DNA from: an uncultured Duncaniella sp.
GTDB lineage: Bacteria; Bacteroidota; Bacteroidia; Bacteroidales; Muribaculaceae
Assembly (NCBI GenBank): GCA_910576785.1
Contig: CAJTJG010000008.1
Location: forward strand, 4,137-68,136
Direction: 5' to 3'
DNA length: 64,000 nucleotides
In this document: positions 58,434-64,000 of the stretch, piece after piece
Position numbering within the stretch: the stretch's first letter is position 1
Layout: each line of letters starts with the position of its first letter
The notes under the pieces: model-generated
Told to the model about the DNA's origin: nothing
Seen by the model: the letters and a program-made list of their open reading frames with translations, nothing else
Database searches by the model: none
Made by a program: the position numbers and the translations under genes

Positions 58434-59305
58434 TGCTCCACAAGTGCGTTGGCGGTTGCCTCAATCTCCTCTTCCCAATTATACGACAGCGGATTGACGG
58501 TTACCTCCTGTGCGTCAATGATATCTGACAGTACGGATGCCTGGCGCCCGTCGAAATCCTTCTGATAGAAGAATACGCGTGCACCGCTGTCATGCGCATG
58601 GTCGATGACATCGCGCAGATTGGCTGCCGACATCTCCTTGTGCCCATCGCCACCTATGACGATTTGCTCCAGACCATAGTCTCTGGCGAAATAGCTCAGC
58701 GACGGATGCCATATCATGAATGCTTTGCCACGCATGGGCGCAAGGCGTGCGGTGAGTACTGAGTCGAGCGAATCGAGACGTGCTGCGAACCGGTCATGGT
58801 TGTGGTGGTAATATGCCTCGTTGGATGGGTCAAGACGCACCATGGCATTGAGCATATTGCGTATTATTATCTTGGCATTCTTTACCGATGACCATGTGTG
58901 GGGATCCGTGATCTCATGTGCCACACCGTCATGTCCATGTGTGCCCTTAACGGGTGTGACACCTTCTGAAGTATTGTAGATAGGCAGACCGGGATTGGCC
59001 TCCTTGATCTTGTCAAGAAGAGCGGCTTCGAAACCAATATTGCCCATGCGCAGATATCCGAGTGATTTCTGCAGGTTGAGCATGTGGGTCATGGCCGGAT
59101 CGTATGTCTCAGGATTTGCTCCATCGGAGAGCAGACATCTCACCTGTACCTTGTCCCCGGTTATTTGCTCGAGGAGATACTTTTGAGGTTCTATGCTCAC
59201 GGTGACGATCTTCTGTTCGGGGGGGGACCCTGCACAGGCGGCAAAGATCCATCCTCCGCATATGAGCGCCAGAATAATCCGGAATATGATGCGAATACGG
59301 GTCAT
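58430..59305 (-). CDS. Metal ABC transporter substrate-binding lipoprotein (ZnuA/TroA family)
   Basis: 291 aa. Lipobox (IFAACAG), DPH.W in DPHTWSS, and a His-rich segment (GTHGHDGVAHE). Confidence 0.85.
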   Translation of the reverse strand: MTRIRIIFRIILALICGGWIFAACAGSPPEQKIVTVSIEPQKYLLEQITGDKVQVRCLLSDGANPETYDPAMTHMLNLQKSLGYLRMGNIGFEAALLDKIKEANPGLPIYNTSEGVTPVKGTHGHDGVAHEITDPHTWSSVKNAKIIIRNMLNAMVRLDPSNEAYYHHNHDRFAARLDSLDSVLTARLAPMRGKAFMIWHPSLSYFARDYGLEQIVIGGDGHKEMSAANLRDVIDHAHDSGARVFFYQKDFDGRQASVLSDIIDAQEVTVNPLSYNWEEEIEATANALVEQ

Positions 59306-59320
59306 TTTCTATATTTTTTG

Positions 59321-59328
59321 CAAATATA
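59321..59328 (-). promoter_or_regulatory. Bacteroidetes -7 box (TAnnTTTG) for the ZnuA-like gene
   Basis: The minus strand reads TATATTTG, 16 nt upstream of ATG 59305. Confidence 0.4.
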
Positions 59329-59344
59329 AGCAAATTTTTAGTAT

Positions 59345-59363
59345 TCTTAAAATATTTTTAAGA
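59345..59363. promoter_or_regulatory. 19-bp palindrome TCTTAAAA-TAT-TTTTAAGA upstream of the metal ABC transporter genes (candidate metalloregulator operator)
   Basis: Perfect 8+8 inverted repeat. It lies 17 nt upstream of the TATATTTG -7 box (59321..59328, minus strand) of the ZnuA-like gene. The AT-rich context raises the chance of a coincidental match. Confidence 0.3.
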
Positions 59364-59373
59364 TAATTACGGC

Positions 59374-61236
59374 TCAGATACTCATGTAGAGGTTCATTCC
59401 ACAGCGCGAACAGTCACACTCCACCCGCATTTTCATGTCTGACGTGCATGAGCGCAGGTAAAGCTGACGAGGCATTTTTGATGCCGTGGGTGTGAGCAGA
59501 CAGCATCCGAGTTCCTTGCGTATGCAGTAGCGGGTGGTCATGACCATGGTCTCCCCTTCAGGTCGCACGCTTTCAGCGGCCGGAGTGATGAGGCTTACAC
59601 CATGATCTGTATAGAACTGTCGGGCCAGACGGTTGGCCACGTTGTCGTGGATGGTGAGGGTGGTGGTCGGACATGAAATGGCCGGATCCTCTGTCCGGCG
59701 CAGACGTACACTACGGGTCATGGCTCTGGCTTTTATGAGCATAGCCACCGCATCACGGCGCATTGCGGCGAGAGCCGAGGCCGGGATGAAGCGTCCACCG
59801 GCTATATCCACTATCTTGACCGCTCGGAAGGGTGTGTCGCCGAGTTTATCGAGTATCTTGCGGCGTGGTCCCTCCTGTGGTGTGACAGCAGTGTCGGTGT
59901 ATGCGGTCTGTGAGGCGATCGTGACGGAATTCCCACGGATGTCAGTTATCTCAAGGGCCACACGTGAGTCGTATAGGAGTCTGAGATTGATCTCTACATC
60001 TATTTTGCGTTCGCATCTGGCGTCAGCGATGGTGTCGTCCCAATGCTTGTCACGGTTGCGGTAGAGTATGGTGCCGGGCGGTATGTTCTGCGGGGTTGCC
60101 GGAAACAGGCGCTTGCCATCCGCTTTGTTGAGACGGAATCCGGTGAATATCCCTGATCGGTCGAAATATCCCAGTCCGTCACCATTGGTCAGCTCGTTGG
60201 TCAGCTCAGCTTCTATCACACCACGCCGACAGTCTGTCACTTTTCCCACACGTTCTCCCACCGCCTTGGGCGAGTCCATCGATGCCATTCCGGAGGCAGG
60301 TGACTTTCCGGTGAGGAAGTAGGAAGTGAAACCACGGTTGAACGCTTTTTCCGGACGTGGCGTAAACCCTTGGCGGGAACGTCCGTCGCTCAGCCGGATG
60401 TAGCGCCCGTCGCTTTCGTCAACAATACGGTCAAGGATGCGAGAATACCATGCGGTGACATTCTTTACGTATGCTTCCTCCTTGAGCCGCCCCTCGATCT
60501 TGAATGACATGATCCCGGCATCGGCCATGTCGGATATTGACGATGAGCGGTTGAGGTCGCGGAGCGATAGAAGGTGTTTGCCCTTGACAAGGATATTACC
60601 GTCGCTGTCGGTAAGGTCGTAGGGCAGACGGCATATCTGTGCACACTCGCCGCGGTTGGCTGACCGTCCTCCGGCCATGTAGCTTGCGCGGCAGTCTCCG
60701 CTGTAGCTCACACACAATGCTCCATGGATGAATGCCTCGAGTTCCACATCCTCAGGTATGGCGGATCGGATCTTTCTGATCTCTTCAAGTGATAGCTCGC
60801 GTGGCAGGACGAGCCTCGAGAATCCTGCCGATGCGAGGAAACGTGCTTTTTCCGGTGTGCGTATGTCACACTGTGTGGAGGCGTGCAGATCGATAGGTGG
60901 AATGTCCATACGCAATATGCCCATATCCTGTACAATGATGGCGTCAACTCCGGCACGGTACAATCCGTTGATAAGACGTTCCACGGTCCGAATCTCCTCG
61001 TCATATACAAGGGTATTGACCGTGGCATAGACCTTGGCGTCATACAGATGGGCGGTTTCGGCAACACGTGCTATGTCGGATAGCGTATTGGCTGCGGCAC
61101 GGCGTGCACCGTGGCTGTCGGGCCCTATGTATACCGCATCTGTGCCTGCCATTATGGCTGAAATGGCTATATCGGCATTGCGGGCGGGCGCGAGGAGCTC
61201 GAGTGGGCGAGGTATGGAAACTTTGTTTTTTATCAT
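59374..61236 (-). CDS. U32 family protein (peptidase U32 / Fe-S hydroxylase-type family) with long C-terminal extension
   Basis: 620 aa. LELLAPA, E.FIHGALC.SYSG.C and RGECAQ.CR match the conserved U32 Cys pattern. The start overlaps the menD stop (ATGA). Confidence 0.85.
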   Translation of the reverse strand: MIKNKVSIPRPLELLAPARNADIAISAIMAGTDAVYIGPDSHGARRAAANTLSDIARVAETAHLYDAKVYATVNTLVYDEEIRTVERLINGLYRAGVDAIIVQDMGILRMDIPPIDLHASTQCDIRTPEKARFLASAGFSRLVLPRELSLEEIRKIRSAIPEDVELEAFIHGALCVSYSGDCRASYMAGGRSANRGECAQICRLPYDLTDSDGNILVKGKHLLSLRDLNRSSSISDMADAGIMSFKIEGRLKEEAYVKNVTAWYSRILDRIVDESDGRYIRLSDGRSRQGFTPRPEKAFNRGFTSYFLTGKSPASGMASMDSPKAVGERVGKVTDCRRGVIEAELTNELTNGDGLGYFDRSGIFTGFRLNKADGKRLFPATPQNIPPGTILYRNRDKHWDDTIADARCERKIDVEINLRLLYDSRVALEITDIRGNSVTIASQTAYTDTAVTPQEGPRRKILDKLGDTPFRAVKIVDIAGGRFIPASALAAMRRDAVAMLIKARAMTRSVRLRRTEDPAISCPTTTLTIHDNVANRLARQFYTDHGVSLITPAAESVRPEGETMVMTTRYCIRKELGCCLLTPTASKMPRQLYLRSCTSDMKMRVECDCSRCGMNLYMSI

Positions 61237-62918
61237 CGGAAGAAACCTTTCAGTACATTAGCGGAGATCTCGGGAGGGGTATGGACGGCAAGCAGTGAGG
61301 GTCGGGCGCATGGCCGTATGAATCTGGCGAACTCCCTCTTCAGTTCATCGACTGACGAGGCTTCGTAATAATCCACACCATAACCATGACAGAGGTCGCG
61401 GAGCGGCAGACGGACGCCAACGGCAAACCGTTCCTCCAGTTCCGGAAGTCCGGATGTGCTACCGATGAAGCGGAATATTCCACCTCCGCCGTTGCATATC
61501 ACCACCATCTTCATCCGTCCTGACATGAGGGTGGATGATAGTGCGGCGATGTCGTATTGGAAACTCATGTCGCCAGAAAGAAGCATCGTGCATCCGCTGT
61601 CGTATACGGCTGATGCTCCGAGAGCGGTGGAGGTGGAGCCGTCTATTCCGCTCACGCCTCGGTTGCAGTCAGAGCGATGTATGTGCGAGCAGTCCATGAG
61701 TTGAGCGTAGCGCACCGGGGTGCCGTTGGACAGATGGAGATTGCATCCGCGCGGTATATGGGATATGATGTGGCGAATGGCTGTCATATCGCTCCATGGC
61801 GCAGAGTCCATGTATGCCTCGGCTATCTCCGCGGCATGGAGAGATAACTCTGCCCATTCCGCAGCATAACCTGAGGGTGCCTTGTAGGGCTGCATGGCCG
61901 ATGCAAGCTGGCGCATGAATGTGGCGCCGGGAAGCTCTATCTTGAGTGTGAGATGTTTGAAGCAATCTATGGTGGTATGGCTGACACCCACATGCCAGTG
62001 CTGCATCGAGGCCGGGCGTGAGCGAAGCCATTCCTTGACGTGGCGGGAAACGAGCGCCCCCCCTACGGTTATCACCACATCGGGGGCCAGACTCTCGCGC
62101 TGTCGCTCGCTCAGTCGCACGAGAGTGGCGTCGATACGACTTATGAAGAGCGGTGAGTGCAGATTGGCGAGGGTCTCGGTCATCACTGCCACGTTAGGAA
62201 GCGAGGCAAGCTTGACAAGGGCACGGTTCAGACGCTCGTCCGGCTCATGGAATCCGGCTACGACAAGCACCTTGCATGGCGAAGCGAGCATCTGCCCGAG
62301 TCTGCGGGCCTCGGCCACTGGGAGTTCAGGAGAAGGGGTTACTGTGTGTATCGGTGTTGCCGATCCACATTCATATTCGCACTCGCGGTTGAGAGGTGCG
62401 TCAAGACGGAGGTTGATGTGCACAGGACCTTTCCTTCCGCTCTCCGCCTCGAGCAGGGCATCGTTTATGGCTCTGCGGGACCACCATTCACCGTTAGTGA
62501 AGTCAAGGCGTGCGCTGATATCGCACCCGCGTTTCACATAGGGGGCCAGTGCGTCCTGCTGCCAAAGTGTCTGGGAGTCGTCCTGATCTATCCACTCCTC
62601 TGGTCTGTCAGCCGAAATGACGATCAGAGGTATTCTTCGGTAAAAGGCTTCGGCTACGGCAGGGGCATAATTGAGCAGTGCGGTGCCGCTTGTGCAGACC
62701 ATGGCCACCGGACGTCCTGACTGCAGACTCATGCCGAGAGCTATGAACCCGGCCGAGCGCTCATCAACCACGGTGGCACATCTTAGCTCACTGCGTCGAG
62801 AAAGGGCTATGATCACAGGAGCGTTTCGGCTTCCGGGTGACAATACCACATCTCTTACGCCATGGGCCACAAGTAGATCTGCGAGTATGTTGCATGACAG
62901 TTTGTCGGTGGATAACAT
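61233..62918 (-). CDS. menD: 2-succinyl-5-enolpyruvyl-6-hydroxy-3-cyclohexene-1-carboxylate synthase (ThDP-dependent)
   Basis: 561 aa. SPGSRNAP, VDERSAGF.ALG, NRGVSGIDG, GDMSFQYD. NNGGG is present as CNGGGGIF. Confidence 0.9.
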   Translation of the reverse strand: MLSTDKLSCNILADLLVAHGVRDVVLSPGSRNAPVIIALSRRSELRCATVVDERSAGFIALGMSLQSGRPVAMVCTSGTALLNYAPAVAEAFYRRIPLIVISADRPEEWIDQDDSQTLWQQDALAPYVKRGCDISARLDFTNGEWWSRRAINDALLEAESGRKGPVHINLRLDAPLNRECEYECGSATPIHTVTPSPELPVAEARRLGQMLASPCKVLVVAGFHEPDERLNRALVKLASLPNVAVMTETLANLHSPLFISRIDATLVRLSERQRESLAPDVVITVGGALVSRHVKEWLRSRPASMQHWHVGVSHTTIDCFKHLTLKIELPGATFMRQLASAMQPYKAPSGYAAEWAELSLHAAEIAEAYMDSAPWSDMTAIRHIISHIPRGCNLHLSNGTPVRYAQLMDCSHIHRSDCNRGVSGIDGSTSTALGASAVYDSGCTMLLSGDMSFQYDIAALSSTLMSGRMKMVVICNGGGGIFRFIGSTSGLPELEERFAVGVRLPLRDLCHGYGVDYYEASSVDELKREFARFIRPCARPSLLAVHTPPEISANVLKGFFR

Positions 62919-62962
62919 CTGGATTTTTTATTGCAAAATTAACCATTTTACTCTGGATTTGT

Positions 62963-62970
62963 TAACTTTG
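62963..62970 (+). promoter_or_regulatory. Bacteroidetes -7 box (TAnnTTTG) for the DUF4924-like gene
   Basis: TAACTTTG, 25 nt upstream of ATG 62995. The 13-mer GTTAACTTTGCAG is identical to the one at 614..626. Confidence 0.45.
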
Positions 62971-62994
62971 CAGAAGCAAAAATATATCCCGGAC

Positions 62995-63552
62995 ATGATA
63001 ATAGCATCCCAGAAACATAAGGAGAACATCGCCGAATACCTCATATATATGTGGCAGATCGAAGATCTGATTCGCGCCAACGGGCTTGATATTGACCGAA
63101 TAAAGGAAAATGTCATAGATCGTTTTGACCTTACCCCCGGTGCACGTAAGGAGATGACGGAGTGGTATGAATCGCTCATCGACATGATGCGTCGCGAAGG
63201 TGTGGAGAAGAGCGGACATCTGCAACTCAACAAGAATGTCATCATCCAGCTCACCGATCTGCATCTGGCATTGCTGAAGGATCCACGTTTTCCTGAGTAC
63301 ACAGCCGAGTTCTACAAGACGCTCCCCTATATAGTGGAGCTTAGATCCAAGGCCGGTGAAGCGCCCTCCGGCGAGATCGAGACATGCTTTAATGCTCTCT
63401 ACGGTATGCTCATGTTGCGGCTCGGCAGCAAGGATGTGACTCCTGCCACTCGCGATGCTGTAAGCCAGATAAGCCGCTTTATGGCTATGCTCGCGGGATA
63501 TTATAACCTCGATCGTGAGGATAAATTGTTTACAGACTCGGAAGAAAAGTAA
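62995..63552 (+). CDS. DUF4924-like conserved hypothetical protein
   Basis: The internal ATG at 62995 gives 185 aa. NIAEYLIYMWQIEDLIRA is typical of a conserved Bacteroidetes family as I remember it. A TAACTTTG box lies at 62963..62970. The ORF-track N-terminal extension overlaps menD. Confidence 0.6.
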   Translation: MIIASQKHKENIAEYLIYMWQIEDLIRANGLDIDRIKENVIDRFDLTPGARKEMTEWYESLIDMMRREGVEKSGHLQLNKNVIIQLTDLHLALLKDPRFPEYTAEFYKTLPYIVELRSKAGEAPSGEIETCFNALYGMLMLRLGSKDVTPATRDAVSQISRFMAMLAGYYNLDREDKLFTDSEEK

Positions 63553-63595
63553 AAATATTTGCTACGGGATGTAACAAACAGTCCTCTTCCACGTC

Positions 63596-64000
63596 ATGAA
63601 TATGATGGAACGGAAGGAGTTTGAACGCATGGCCCCGGAGCTCAGAGAGCGCATCATCGCTATGGTGATGCGTATGAGTACATCCTCCGATATTCATATG
63701 GCAGAGGATGTGGCTCAGGATACGCTTCTGAAACTTTGGACCATGCGCGATCGGCTTGATGATTATTCCAATCCCGGATCTCTTGCCATGGTTATAGCCC
63801 GCAACAGGGCTGTGGATATGCTTCGTAGTTCCCGCGGTGGAGTCACACTGCCTCTTGAGGATGGTGAGATGGCCGGCAGTGGCATGGAAGATCCACATGA
63901 AAGACTTATAGAGCGGGAAGCCGGCGAACGGCTTGACGCCATAATGGCATCTCTTCCGTCTGTACAGCAGGCAGTGATGCGGATGAGGCATGTGGAGGGG
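63596..64000 (+). CDS. ECF-type RNA polymerase sigma-70 factor (partial, runs off the window)
   Basis: Not in the ORF track because there is no stop in the window. The frame stays open from ATG 63596 to the end. Region 2 is AEDVAQDTLLKLW..VIARNRAVDMLRS and region 4 begins at LPSVQQAVMRMRHVEG. Confidence 0.8.
   Translation, partial: MNMMERKEFERMAPELRERIIAMVMRMSTSSDIHMAEDVAQDTLLKLWTMRDRLDDYSNPGSLAMVIARNRAVDMLRSSRGGVTLPLEDGEMAGSGMEDPHERLIEREAGERLDAIMASLPSVQQAVMRMRHVEG

Noticed and set aside
61894-62994. Plus-strand ORFs antisense to menD, and the N-terminal extension of ORF 62671..63552
   Set aside because: The extension overlaps menD by about 250 nt and precedes the TAACTTTG box at 62963. The conserved protein begins at ATG 62995.
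63530-63991. 153-aa minus-strand ORF at the right edge
   Set aside because: The plus strand in this interval reads as an ECF sigma factor (regions 2 and 4 recognisable). The minus ORF is His/Cys-rich and motif-less.
1-64000. Mobile elements, CRISPR arrays, tRNA/rRNA genes, defence or toxin-antitoxin systems
   Set aside because: I looked for transposase, integrase and reverse-transcriptase motifs in all listed ORFs. I also looked for regularly spaced direct repeats and for tRNA T-arm signatures (GGTTCGAAT-type) in every intergenic region. None were found. RmuC here is the standard housekeeping form with no defence-type partners.

Overview
The window looks like a Bacteroidales-type chromosomal segment. 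Supporting signs are moderately high GC, recurrent TAnnTTTG -7 promoter boxes, no obvious Shine-Dalgarno sequences, many lipobox lipoproteins, and the uppS-bamA-skp-skp arrangement. It is densely coding: I call 54 protein genes, one of them partial.

Most genes are core housekeeping:
- Envelope biogenesis: PorG-like barrel, uppS, bamA, two Skp/OmpH genes, an LptF/G permease, kdsC and lolD.
- Translation and RNA: typA, rplY, pth, hslR, rimO, ftsY, rng, HU.
- Cofactor and nucleotide synthesis: ribBA, guaA, menF, menD.
- Central metabolism: pfkA, a PFOR, and a four-subunit 2-oxoacid:ferredoxin oxidoreductase.

Five metabolic or envelope modules stand out:
- An oxalate-catabolism cassette, frc-oxc-AEC permease, in the same order as E. 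coli yfdW-yfdU-yfdV, followed directly by a divergent PFOR.
- A glutamate decarboxylase / glutaminase / Glu:GABA antiporter acid-resistance cluster.
- A self-contained six-gene glycine-cleavage module (lplA-gcvT-gcvH-gcvPA-gcvPB-lpd) with a split P-protein.
- An SGNH-SGNH-MBOAT O-acylation cluster next to an LruC-like lipoprotein.
- menD translationally coupled to a long U32-family protein.

Features outside the ORF track include a 30-codon, extremely basic ORF between HU and rng. There are also several very long perfect hairpins at gene junctions, including a 33-bp perfect inverted repeat after lpd. A roughly 670-nt non-coding divergent region sits at the left edge.

I saw no rRNA, tRNA, CRISPR array, transposase or integrase. 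I did not find a convincing, entirely new multi-gene system. The findings below are ranked leads, not demonstrated novelties. All family assignments come from motif recognition by eye and from memory, not from database searches.
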